DNA of 64,000 bases. Origin: Eledone cirrhosa. Taxonomy: Eukaryota. Below are positions 24,686 to 38,094 of the stretch, in pieces. Under the pieces are notes generated by a model. The model had not been told where the DNA came from. It ran no database searches and saw only the letters and a list, made by a program, of their open reading frames with translations. The stretch is from positions 40,920,001-40,984,000 of the forward strand of contig OZ024756.1 of the NCBI GenBank assembly GCA_964016885.1, in the 5' to 3' direction. The position numbers and the translations under genes were made by a program. Positions within the stretch are counted from its first letter, which is position 1; every line of letters starts with the position of its first letter.

Positions 24686-26289
24686 TATTTTGTCTGGTGA
24701 AGCAGGGGTTAGCCTTGCAGGGACACTAGTAGTGCTGGTACCACAATGAAAAACTTGCAGTACACAAGCCAAAAACAGCACAAGTGAGCAGGATGTCATC
24801 ACCTGACCTGTCTGGCCTTATAACAGTGACAACACATCTAACCCATGTAAGTGTGGAAACTAAACATTAAACAGTCGTGATAATGGTGGTAGTATTGATA
24901 ATGGTGGTGGTCGTGCTGCTGATAATGATGATCTACCTAATAATCAAGTAAGGACACAACCAAGCTACTTCAAACCATTATCTACTAATTATCTCTCTTT
25001 ACTGAAATATCGCCAGAATCTTGGGAACATAATCGATATGGAATGCTTTCTACATATTTTGTGAAATTTCAGAAAAAATTAAAACAGGAGGGGAAAAAAA
25101 ACAAAACCCCATTAATTATAGACAGAGCATAGGAAACTATAACAATTAGATAAAAATATCAAGTTGATAACTGGACTAGTTTTTATTTTCTTGTGTGTGT
25201 GTATGTGTGTGTTGGTGTGTGTATGTGTTGATGTGTGTATGTGTTGATGTGTGTGTGTGTTGGTGTTGGTATTGGTGTGTTGGTATGTGTTGGTGTGTGT
25301 GTGTTGGTGCATTGGTGTGTGCTGGTGTGTTGGTGTTGGTGTTGTTGTTGTTGATGATGATGATGATGATGATGATATAGTGCTAAATAAAATTTAAATA
25401 AAAAGAATAAATCAATTTTTAAAATTATTTTAAATTGCATTATTTTGACTGAAATGGACATATTGAAATAGGAAATTATACTTTACAATTTAAAGAGTAA
25501 ATTAAATCTATTTTTATATACGGTGTGTGTATAACTAATTGTTGCCATTCCTTATTTTGTCTGCTGTTTATATATATTTTTTTTAAATTTAATTTATTAT
25601 TTTTTTTGTTATTTTTCATATATAACAATTGAACAGACTATCCATTTCCAAGGGGACAATTAAATGGTGGGTTTTTATTGAGGGAACCAAATTGAAGCAT
25701 CTAATATAAAAATGTTACACAGTATTTATTTGGTTGGGAATATTTTAGAAACATAATTTCAATATTTCTACAGACTTGATAGAACAATCATTCCATACTT
25801 GGTAGACGTATTCCAGATGCATCTTACCCAATCTGTTACACAAACTGGCATTACAAGTGCAATACCACCTTAATGACAGCAAGGTGGTTGATAAGGTAGA
25901 GATGCAGTTGTTAGTTCGTCTTATGTTACTGTCTTTCTGTGTACCTTTTCTACTTATTTGCGCACATGCACACAAGTAGATGTATATTTATGATTAAGTT
26001 TCTGTCAGCTTCTCCATACTGGCATAAAATGACCAAAACCCTTTTAAGCAGTTTTTCTACAGTTGAGTAGATAGGAGTGGGTGTCAGATATTTAGGAAGG
26101 CCATCTTTGACTCACTGAGCCATTGACTGCTGTACTTGCTGAACCCCTCACTTTTATGCAGGCCCTGGGAATAAATACCTACTTCTCTTTCAATTTTCAG
26201 GCATAAATAAAACAAATAATTAAAAAAAAAGAATTCCTTCTGATTACAATTTTCAGAAATGAAATGAAATGAAATGAAAGGGTACTTAC

Positions 26290-26324
26290 GAGAATTTTTT
26301 TTCAGGAACAGTTTCTGCTTGTGA
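26290..26324 (-). CDS. candidate 35-nt exon (SQAETVPEKKF/S)
   Basis: Acceptor TGTCTTTTCTGTCTAATTTTAG and donor CTC|GTAAGT. Phase 0->2 is compatible with the IQ exon. Confidence 0.35.
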
Positions 26325-26405
26325 CTAAAATTAGACAGAAAAGACATTTCTTTAAAAGAAGAAGATTTTATATTTGTTCTTTTCAAAATAATACAAACTT
26401 CAAAG

Positions 26406-26442
<37 letters not shown>

Positions 26443-26704
26443 AAAGAATAGAGGTGTAACACACAAGTTATTATATATTGGTAAACAGAATAGAAAATGC
26501 TGACAAATTGTTTACAGTGAAAAATAGTTTAATTAGGAATAAATGAGAATTACTAATTGTATTGGCTAGTATTCAGTTTTGGTTTTAAGTTTTACCGGTT
26601 GTGCATTTCTAAATGCTTTTCAAAAATAATTTTGAGATAGAACGTCCGGCAAAACTTAAAACTAAAACTGAATACTAACCAATACAATTACTAATTCTCA
26701 TTTT

Positions 26705-27215
<511 letters not shown>

Positions 27216-27722
27216 CATGTATATATGTGTATGTGTGTGTGTGTATATATATATATATATAGAGAGAGAGAGGGGGGATGAGAGAAGAAAGTATGGAATA
27301 CATTAAGTGGAGTTGAAATAATTTCAAAAATTATTATAAGCCTAAAAGTTCTTTGCTCTGTTATTTCAAATCTCATGTTTCCACTTATCAAGCTGTCTGA
27401 TAAGTGGAAATACAAAACTGGAAGTAACAACACAAAGAATTATAGTCTTAGAACTATTACTACTACTACTAATGGCAGTAGTGATGATGATGATGATAAT
27501 AATAATAATTGTTTCTACTTTTGGCACAAGGCCAGCAATTACCCAGTGCATTGCTGGTACTTTATTTTATCGACCCTGTAAGGATGAAAGGCAATAATAT
27601 ATATACCAGCATAGAAAACGGATGTAAAATGATAATGATTATATATATAGTTGAACAAATAAAACAAGGATGCAAAAATACAAAATCTTATTAGGTTCAT
27701 GCTTAGAGGAAGTGGAGGAGAG

Positions 27723-27756
27723 TTCTACATTTCGGACAGGAGTCCTTCATCAGGAA
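27723..27756 (-). ncRNA. minimal type I hammerhead ribozyme (Penelope-type), probably decayed
   Basis: Reads UUC-CUGAUGA-A-GGAC-UCCU-GUCC-GAAA-UG-UA-GAA, with a perfect 4-bp stem II. GAAAUGUA likely derives from palindromic GAAACGUA. Confidence 0.65.
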
Positions 27757-27839
27757 AAGGAGAGTTCAGATAGGGAGATAGCAGATAGGTACATGAAGAT
27801 TTGGAAAATATACATATGTGGAAGTTTGGAAAAGATTGA

Positions 27840-28300
27840 GGCAACAAAGTAGAAAGCTCATCAGAATAATTCCCATGAAAATATTTATAAAAAATGGCAA
27901 AGAGAGGCAACATTTCAACAGTGAGATAATGATTGAGGTTGACATGATAAGTCAGGACTAATAATGTTGAAGATTCTTCTTTGGATCTTATCCAGACTCT
28001 CAAGGTGTACAACAGAAGAACCAGACCAGATGGGGAAACAGTACTCAATACAAAGTTGAATGGTAGATTTCTAAAAATAGAAGATATCATCCCACCCACA
28101 CCGTTAACATTTGACTGTCTGTTCAATCAAAACTAATATTAATTTTTCTATATAAAAGTGAAATAGGATATAGACTGTTGTTTGCCAGTGACATTATAAA
28201 TACAACTGATCTATTCTGATAGGAGCTAATGATAGCAAGGACATCAATTATACATGTAAATTGGTAAAGGAGTAAATGAAATTGTAACACTAACTGTGGG
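27840..28300 (-). mobile_element. internally deleted CR1/L2/Jockey-like LINE relic
   Basis: NRQSNVNGVGGMISSIFRNLPF resembles the APE DR...GGGV motif. IFYKYFHGNYSDELSTLLP resembles the post-RT C-terminal motif of these LINEs. Confidence 0.6.
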
Positions 28301-29824
28301 GAGATAGGGAGAACAGTGTATGAGTGTGTTGGTGTGGAGGTTGGAGCCATGGAAGGCAGCAAAAACACATCAAAAACAATAACACATTTAGATTATAAGT
28401 ATTTATAATCATCAATAATATATATGATTACAGTGAATCATAATAGTAAAATAACAGACAACAGGTGGTATTTCATAGTGAGATATGTGGTGGTATTTCA
28501 TAGTAAGAAATATGGTGGTATTTCATAGTGAGATATGTGGTCGTATTTCGTTCTGACTCCACCACAATGATGATGATGATGAGGGTGATGATGATGATAC
28601 TTTGGTACATTTCAAACTTTTCACACATTCACCACCACCCCACACAACCACATGTACCCCCCCCCCCAGCCACATGTACACACACCACACACACATCACC
28701 ATCACCCCATACACACCCACACACAGCCACATGTACACACACATCTACATGCACCCCACACAGCCACATGTACACTTCCCCCCACACACACCGACATGTG
28801 TACCCCCCACCCACCCACACACAGACACCCACATGTGTACTTAGATCTACATACAGAGAAGGTAGCAACCTACTTGTTGAGTAAGTCTGTATGTTTTGTT
28901 TGTAAAGAGTAGTTGGTGTGTAGTCAATGATAGTGACAAGATAGACTGTCTCCTGTAGCGGAACTGAGGGGAGCTTATAGCAGAGGGTGAATGGAGGAGT
29001 GAATGGAGGAGTGAATGGATGGAGAATGGAGGGAGAATGGATGGAGGAGTGAATGAATGGAAGCTCACCTGCCACTTATTTGTTGGTGAACTATATTGTA
29101 TTTTGTTTGTACCTGACACATGTCTGACACATGTCTGATACATGTATGACACATGTATGGCAATCATATGTATGCCACATGTAGGATACATATGACATGT
29201 ATGACATGTATGATACATGTCTGATGCATGTATGGCAATTATGACATGATGATGAGGATGAGATAATATTGTAGACACAGCTAAAAGATAGGATGGTCAC
29301 GACTGGAATGCCTTTGCTTATAAATCTGCTCAATTATGGTTGGTCTGGGGTTAAACAATGACATAAGTTATCATAAAAGATATTATTCTGAGGTCAACTA
29401 ATTATAAAACATGTAAGGTAGACATCTATCTAATTAATACATCTAAAGTCATATCCAATCTAATCCAGGGCCTTCTTCTATTGGAGAAACCCCTCTCTGG
29501 TTGACCCCAATCACACACACACACTCAAGTTTTTATTCTAGACTGACTCACATGAAAATATAACCAGTGATGGGTGGACAGTTAAATAATGTAGTAATTA
29601 GATAAGATTCAGGTGTCTGGTCTATTACTGAAACCTTACCAGTATTTGAGGACCACAACATCCCCACACTAGCCCCCTTCTCAGCAATTAGCAAGCGGAA
29701 AGAGGGAACCTTAGTAAACTAGTAAAGCATAGAAAGAACAAAAATGGCAGTGAAGGTTGGGTGGGGGAGAAAAAGAAACCAAAGGCTATATAAAGAAAAT
29801 TGAAGGTTATAATTATATTGGCTG

Positions 29825-29963
29825 CAATGATGATGATGATGCCAATAATGATAGCCATGATGATGATGATGCCAATAATGATAGCCATGATGATGATGAT
29901 GCCAATAATGATAGCCATGATGATGATGATGCCAATAATGATAGCCATGATGATGATGATGAT
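29825..29963. repeat. 30-bp minisatellite built on (GAT)n
   Basis: GATGATGATGATGCCAATAATGATAGCCAT x4. Confidence 0.95.
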
Positions 29964-30362
29964 AAGAAGGAGGAGGGGAGGAGAAGAAGAGGCAGAGGAG
30001 ATGAAGTAAGAAAATGAAGACTTTTTTTGTTTTTAATGGTCTTATAAGAGTCCTAATCACTGAGTCTTTGGCAGTAAAAATAATGCTATGTTATTAATTA
30101 TTTTAATGAGAGAGTGTATTGCAAAATAAGCACAGATTTGTTTCCCCATTGAACTTTTACTTAAGACAGTGATAATGCCAGGGAGAGCAAGCCCTGCTGT
30201 GTGTGGGGTCCTTCATCAACACAATTACTAGGTATAAATATTTTAATTTTAACAGAGACTCAACAGTCAATGTAATCCTTTTGATAACAACCCACCTGAG
30301 ACTATCTCCTGGGTCTATCATACAAAACTGTTTATTTTAAAGTATTTATATTTTTATTAAGA

Positions 30363-30515
30363 AGGCAGTGAATTGTCAGAGTTGTTAGATCAGATTAAAT
30401 ACTTTGGAATATTCATTCCAGCTGTTCTGCACTCTTGAGTTCAAATCCTGCTGAGGTCAACTTTGCCTTTCATCCTTTTGAGATCAATAAATAAAATATC
30501 CTGTACTAGGGTTGA
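30363..30515 (+). mobile_element. old SINE family A copy
   Basis: GAGTTCAAATCCTGCTGAGGTCAACTTTGCCTTTCATCC. Confidence 0.75.
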
Positions 30516-31409
30516 TTCTTCTTCTGTAATTCTTTCTAACTTCCTCTCTCTCAATTTCTTTCTCCTTCTCTGGAAGAAAGCAGCAGTGTTCAGACCTGGA
30601 AAATGATGGCCTTTGCCAGGTTTAAAATGCCCAAGGCACGTTATATGTCACAATGGATTCCTATGACTCCATCAGGAGTTATAGGTACACACACACACAC
30701 ACACATACACACACACGCATGCACACATATATTTATAGTAAAACCTTCCATCATAATTTTATGAAAGAAATTTTTGTCAAGTAATATTCAAAACATCAAT
30801 TTAATAAAAGTTAGTTATTTTACTAAATCCCTCCAATAACTCTAGCTTAAGTGGAGCAACAGAGTGTTGGAACAAATCCTACAAAGCATTCCATCCAACA
30901 TTCTAACAACTCTGCCAATTTGCTGCCCCATCTTTTAAAAGGAGATTGTCAAAAAAAAACAAAAAAAAATGAAGAACTCATTTAAGTTTCGAAGAGCAAA
31001 TACTTCTGTAATGAGGATAGAAGTGATGAAAGAACAAAATAAAACAAAAAAAAACATGACCAATCCAAGAACAAAAAAAATTGTTTTTGACTAAGTTTAT
31101 CAAGTCACTTTAAGCAATTTGCATTTCAGCATTTTCTCCATGTTTAATCCCTACTTACACTAACCAGAATTCCTTCAGTAAACCTGAAACCCAAAACATA
31201 ACTTGGAAATGTTTTTCAGTTCTTTTTCTAAAACCAGACTAACTAGAAAATTGCATGAAACCATGTAAATGATACTATTTCTGAATAAGATTCTTCACTC
31301 TGGCAGTCTGTCCTACTTTAAAGCTTGCTCAGTTTTCAGTCAGTCCAGAAGCCACAAATGGAATCAACTGGAGTCAAAGATAATAAAATCTTCTCACTTT
31401 CAGCAACAT

Positions 31410-31925
31410 CAGTCTCAGACAGGTATAGTTGGGAGGGAGGACAGCCTTACACTAATCTATTACCTTCTTTATGAGGCCAACATGATGACAGTGGTGGTGG
31501 TGGTGGAGGTGTTCTTGGTGGTGGAGATGGTGTTCACTTCAGTCTCAGACAGGTATTCTTGGGAGGGAGGGGGAGGATAGCACAGCCATACACTAATCTA
31601 TTACCTTCTTTATGAGGCCAACATGATGACAGTGGTGGTGGTGGTGGAGGTGTTCTTGGTGGTGGAGATGGTGTTCACTTCAGTCTCAGACAGGTATTCT
31701 TGGGAGGGAGGGGGAGGATAGCACAGCCATACACTAATCTGTTACTTTCTTTATGAGGCCAACATGATGACAGTGGTGTTGGTGGTGGAGGTGTTCTTGG
31801 TGGTGGAGATGGTGTTCACTTCAGTCTCAGACAGGTATTCTTGGGAGGGAGGGGGAGGATAGCACAGCCATACACTAATCTGTTACTTTCTTTATGAGGC
31901 CAACATGATGACAGTGGTGTTGGTG
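31410..31925. repeat. 141-bp tandem repeat, ~3.7 copies
   Basis: CAGTCTCAGACAGGTA recurs at 31410, 31540, 31681 and 31822. Confidence 0.95.
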
Positions 31926-32169
31926 TTGCTGCTGAAAGTGGTGTCGTTGGTGGTAGAGGTGTTGTTGATAATAAAAAGATTTGTAATATAAACTTATTAA
32001 GTTAGTGTTTGGAGCATTACTTAAAAATTGTAACAAAATTATGATGGAAAGTTTTTAGATAAATATAAACACTTTAAAACAAACAGCTCTGTGTCATAGA
32101 ACCAGAGGCAGTTTCAAGCAGTTTGGTAGCAAAAAGGTTGAAAAAAATTGCAAACAAAATATAACTTAC

Positions 32170-32237
32170 ATAATAATCCGTATTGTATTGGAGATCTGTT
32201 AAGTTAGCAGATGATGCTACAGGATCATGGCCTGTCT
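32170..32237 (-). CDS. candidate 68-nt exon (xTGHDPVASSANLTDLQYNTDYY)
   Basis: Strong acceptor TTTATTTTTATATTTCAG, donor TAT|GTAAGT and only one open frame (phase 1->0). LTDLQYNTDY resembles the FN3 L..L.P.T.Y motif. Confidence 0.5.
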
Positions 32238-33958
32238 CTGAAATATAAAAATAAATAATATATTAAATATGTTGTCACATAATACTTTCAACTTTATATT
32301 GCTAATATTCTTGAATAAAGAATAAACATTGTATTTCCTTCTAATATAAATACAAGATTTTGTGCTTATTAAAAGAGACCAACTTCTTAACATAAAAAAA
32401 GTATTTCTTATTCATCTCATGTTATTACATCCCATGTATAATATTATATTATTATATCCTATATAAAACAGTTATACAAATGTTATACTTTTTAATTTAT
32501 GCATTAAAACAAATTACATCATAAGAAATATAAACTAGCTGTAAATTAAAAAGTGATGTTATTAAATATACATAACATAACATTTCATTTCATCCAAATT
32601 TATCATTTAAATGAGATTTATATAACAAGAATATTTAACTAAAAACACAACAACTTCCATATAATATTATATTCAAATTTTGATATAAAACCCTGATAAC
32701 AGATTGAGTCATGAGAGGTATCCCTATAGATTTTATTTTTGTGTAGTGTAGTGTGTGTGTGCTTCATCGACAAGTTAGTTTTACAGAATCCATCCTTCAC
32801 TGAGCAATTAATCATAGCCAAATTTATTGGCTTGAAACCTTCAATTTTTAATAAGGAAATGGCAAATTATGTTCTTTCCTTTCTGGGGAACATTAATCAT
32901 GTAAAAGAAATCAAATCAGTAGTTGATATGAGATCAGCAACTCTGCTCACAAATAGTTGTTAACCTCACTTATTTCTATTCCACAGTGCCAATTAAATTA
33001 TATTTACTACAAGTGTCAATAGTATTTTTTCATGTCATAACAAAGGCATTAAAAAAATACAGACTAGCTGTAAGAGGAAATTACCCTTTTGCTGGGAAAG
33101 CAGAGAAAATAGGAAAAATATGCTGCTTTTAAAAGATTGTTGATTTTTCTATATTAACTTTAGTATACAATATCATTCCTGTATTTCCCCCATCCTCAGT
33201 GCCAATAAACAACACTTCTTTATGACAACAGACAAGGAAAATAGTCAATCCTATCCCTCACCTTCTTTTTATTTGTCTAAGATTTCTGGTGTTATATTAA
33301 ATTAAGGATTTCAGCTGTTTGTAGTTCTGGAGTTGTGAAATGTTTTGGAACTCTTTAGTAGGGTTTGTTGTTTAAGAATAGGACACTATTTGATACTGGG
33401 GTACATTGTTAGCAAGTTGGTGGAAGTAGTTGTGGTTTTGTGTAACATGAGCCAGCCCTGTTTAAGTAGGCCTGTAGGTGGTCAGTTGAAGAATTAAATA
33501 CAGCCAAAAGGCTTTAAGCATCTTGCTCAAGGACACAACACACCACCTGATCCACGATTCAGCTCACAACCTTACAATTGTGAGCTGAACATTCTAACCA
33601 CTATACCATGTGCCTTCACTAATATATACATTACATATTGTGCTGAATAAGACCTGCCCCACCCTTGCAAGCAGGGAAAAGCAGACGTAAAATGATGATG
33701 ATGATGATGATATATGCACACACACACACACACACATTAATATATATTACAACAAAAATTATCTATTATTCGACCTGTTCCATGTGCCTTCACTAATATA
33801 TTATAAACACACACATATAACAAAAATGATCTATCAGTTGGCCTGTTCCATGTGACCTATTTCATAAAGTGTTGTTAATATATTGCTTAAAAGACTAGCA
33901 ATATATTTCATATGTTGAGTGTAGAACTAATCAATGTTTAGAGCAGAGTAGTTTGTAG

Positions 33959-34200
<242 letters not shown>

Positions 34201-34584
34201 TGCATAACTACATGCATACATAGGATGGGCTTCTTCGGTTTCTGTCTACCAAATTCTCCTCACAAGATATTGGTTCACCTGAGGCCAAAGTAGAAGACAC
34301 TTGCTTAAGGTTCCATGCAGCAAGACTGAGCCCAGAACCAATAAGGAATGGATTAAATTAGAAATGAAGATTTCTTCAAACCCACTACACACAGATTACG
34401 ACCCATATAGTAACTTTGTCACAGTTCATTCCATTCTTTATTGGCTAAATTGATGTTGACCTCCCTCATCCTCTATTGACCCCCAACTCCACCAAACTCC
34501 TCTCAATCACATCTCTTTTTATTGCTTTCATAACAATTCTTCTATTCTGTCACTTCTATTTACATCCAATGATTCACTTGATAA

Positions 34585-35722
34585 CACCACCACCCCACCA
34601 CCACCACCACCACTGTTGCCACCACCACCACCACCGCTTTTGTCACCACCATCCCACCACTGTTGCCACCATCACCACCACCACCACCCCATCACCACCA
34701 CCACCGCTGTTGTCACCACCATCACCACCACCACCACCGCTGTTGCCACCACCATCCCACCACTGTTGCAACCACCACCACCGATCCTACCACCACCACC
34801 ACCGCTGTTGCCACCACCACCACCACCACTGTTGCCACCATCAGCACCACCACCACCACTGTTGCCACCATCACCACCACCACCACCACTGTTGCCACCA
34901 TCACCACCACCACCACCACTGTTGCCACCACCATCACCACCACCACCACCGCTGTTGCCACCACCATCACCACCACCACCACCACTGTTGCCACCATCAC
35001 CACCACCACCACCACTGTTGCCACCACCATCACCACCACCACCACCGCTTTTGTCACCACCATCCCACCACTGTTGCCACCATCACCACCACCACCACCC
35101 CATCACCACCACCACCGCTGTTGTCACCACCATCACCACCACCACCACCGCTGTTGCCACCACCATCCCACCACTGTTGCAACCACCACCACCGATCCTA
35201 CCACCACCACCACCGCTGTTGCCACCACCACCACCACTGTTGCCACCATCAGCACCACCACCACCACTGTTGCCACCATCACCACCACCACCACCACTGT
35301 TGCCACCATCACCACCACCACCACCACTGTTGCCACCACCATCACCACCACCACCACCGCTGTTGCCACCACCATCACCACCACCACCACTGTTGCCACC
35401 ACCATCACCACCACCACCACCACCACCATCACCGCTGTTGCCACCACCATCACCACCACCACCACCACTGTTGCCACCACCATCACCACCACCACCACCA
35501 CTGTTGCCACCACCATCACCACCACCACCACTGTTGCCACCACCATCACCACCACCGCTGTTGCCACAACCATCACCACCGCTGTTGCCACAACCATCAC
35601 CACCGATCCTACCACCACCACCACCGATCCTACCACCACCACCACCGCTGTTGCCACAACCATCACCACCACCACCACCGATCCTACCACCACCACCACC
35701 ACCGCTGTTGCCACAACCATTA
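34585..35722. repeat. (CAC)n-derived compound minisatellite with a ~420-bp internal duplication
   Basis: CACCAC runs punctuated by TGTTGC. The marker CCGCTTTTGTCACC recurs at ~34634 and ~35045. Confidence 0.95.
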
Positions 35723-36094
35723 CCGAGAGATGTTATACTGAGAGATGCAGGTTTGATTTCCATTTTTAGTTTGGCTCACCAATCTTCATCCATCTCTCTA
35801 ACCAATGTGCCTATGTCATACGACAACAACAAGATTCCCATTTAATATGTTTTTATCCTGTTTGACTGTAGCATATCTTATTATGTCTGAACTCTGTCTA
35901 AAGTATAAACTTATCTAAGGATTTCCCATTGTTCTAATACATTAAAACACATTCATTTGTGAATCAGACATCTTCTATGTCATAAAGATGTTTTTTTCTT
36001 CATTTACATACACAATATGAAAGTGTATGTGTGTATGTACATGTGCGTGTATGCATATGTGTGTGTGTACATTTGCGTATATATATCTATATAT

Positions 36095-36300
36095 ATCATC
36101 ATCATCACTGTTTTATGTCCGTTCTTCCATGCTAGCATGGGTTAGACAGGTTGTCCTGTTGTGGGCAGTGTCCGGTCGGCTGACCTTGTCTTGCTCATAC
36201 GGGAACTGAGTCTGGCTTGATTTTTACAGCTGGATGCTCTTCCTAACACCAACCTCATTTACAGTGAGTGTTGGGAGCTTTTTTGCCATGGCACCTCCAC
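36095..36300 (-). mobile_element. SINE family B 3' half
   Basis: Reverse complement of the 27050-27181 segment. Confidence 0.75.
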
Positions 36301-36378
36301 GACCACTTTGCAATGGGAGGGGGTGGGAGCATATTGTCTATATGCTTCAGCTTCGACTTGTACCCGAGGGGGGTCGGG

Positions 36379-36423
<45 letters not shown>

Positions 36424-37429
36424 TCTATATTTGTGTGTGTGAGAGCTTATATAAAAGTATACATTTCAGTCAACTGGCCTTTATCCAAATGATTCAACTT
36501 GCTGTACCTTTGTGACTGTACTGGCTGGCTAACAACTGTAGCAGTATCTCAGACAGGATAGACTATCCACATTCTTCAACTAACATGTCTACTTCCTTTA
36601 GCTGTATTGAAGCTTGTAGGTCAATTACCAACATTTGTTAACCCTTTTAAATTGGTTATAAATTTCTATTTTAACTGACAACTTTTTTTGGGGGGGGGGG
36701 GGGGGGGGGGGGGTGCTTATATTTAAAAGGATGTATGTTATAAATTTCTATTTTAAGTGACAATTATTGAGGCTTATATCTAGAGGTTTGATATAAATTT
36801 GTATTTTAACGAACAATTTATAGAGGCTTGTATTTAAAATAATTTTTTTAATTTCTGTTTTAATCGGCAATTTATTAGGGGTTTATATTTAAAAGTTTGT
36901 ATATTTTTTCCTTGGTATAAAATAACATTGACATTTTCACATTAGTGGGTGATCAAGATACTACTCCTTCCACCAAGTTTTCTTATTTTTCTATTCAAAA
37001 TAGTGCAAAGTATTCCATCATATTGCTAATCTCAAAACGAGGATGTCCTGCCATTTACTTTCCAAGAAAAAAAATGGTGGTTTATTGTTGTAAAGGGCTA
37101 AAAAAATATATTTATTTTTTTATCTAATATGATATAACATTTTAAATATATTGGTTAACAACACATATTTACACACACTACACATAATCTACACACTACA
37201 CATAATCTACACACATATGTAGAAACATTCAGAAATAATAAATCTCCAGTTAAAATAATGAGTAAAACTCTCCTATTTCTTCAGCAAGAAAGTTTTAAAT
37301 GTCATCTCATCTAGAATGAAGTAGTTCCAGGAAGCAGCCATTTTATACCATCAATATGAACAAAAGGAACACAGACAATAATTCTAATTGATTTTTAATG
37401 TATTATTATTTCTTGGGATTATTGTAAAA

Positions 37430-37990
37430 CCATCACTACCATCAACAACACCAATACTATACTCAGCATCACCACTACCAACATCATCATCACTACCATC
37501 AACAACACCAATACTATACTCAGCATCATCACTACCAACATCCTCATCACTACCATCAACAACACCAATACTATACTCAGCATCACCACTACCAACATCA
37601 TCATCACTACCATCAACAACACCAATACTATACTCAGCATCATCACTACCAACATCCTCATCACTACCATCAACAACACCAATACTATACTCAGCATCAC
37701 CACTACCAACATCATCATCACTACCATCAACAACACCAATACTATACTCAGCATCACCACTACCAACATCATCATCACTACCATCAACAACACCAATACT
37801 ATACTCAGCATCATCACTACCAACATCATCACCACTACCATCAACAACACCAATACTATACTCAGCATCACCACTACCATTATCACTGCCATCATCATCA
37901 CCATCATCACTACCATCATTACCATCACTATCGTGAACAGCATCACCACTACCATCAACACTAGCATCCTTACCATCACCATCACTACCA
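37430..37990. repeat. 60-bp minisatellite, ~7.5 copies, with degenerate tail
   Basis: CATCACTACCATCAACAACACCAATACTATACTCAGCATCACCACTACCAACATCATCAT. Confidence 0.95.
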
Positions 37991-38094
37991 TTAAATGATG
38001 ATGATGTTATTACTGAAAACTTTAAGGGCTGCAGGAACCTTACTGCTGCTGTTTAATTCAGATAGTCCTATTGTTTTACAGTGAGACTAATTAA

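Noticed and set aside
25828-25870. WYCTCNASLCN resembling the Ly6/quiver C-terminal motif
   Set aside because: Weak AAG acceptor, an alternative open frame, and no upstream cysteine-rich exons found.
34476-35845. His/Cys-rich, Pro-rich or Thr-rich (mucin-like) ORFs, one with an apparent hydrophobic N-terminus
   Set aside because: A (CAC)n-derived repeat open in most frames. The listed 421-aa ORF starts at TTG, not ATG. No independent coding evidence.
37388-37991. Ser/Thr/Pro-rich 20-aa repeat ORF
   Set aside because: A 60-bp minisatellite, open on both strands, with non-ATG starts.
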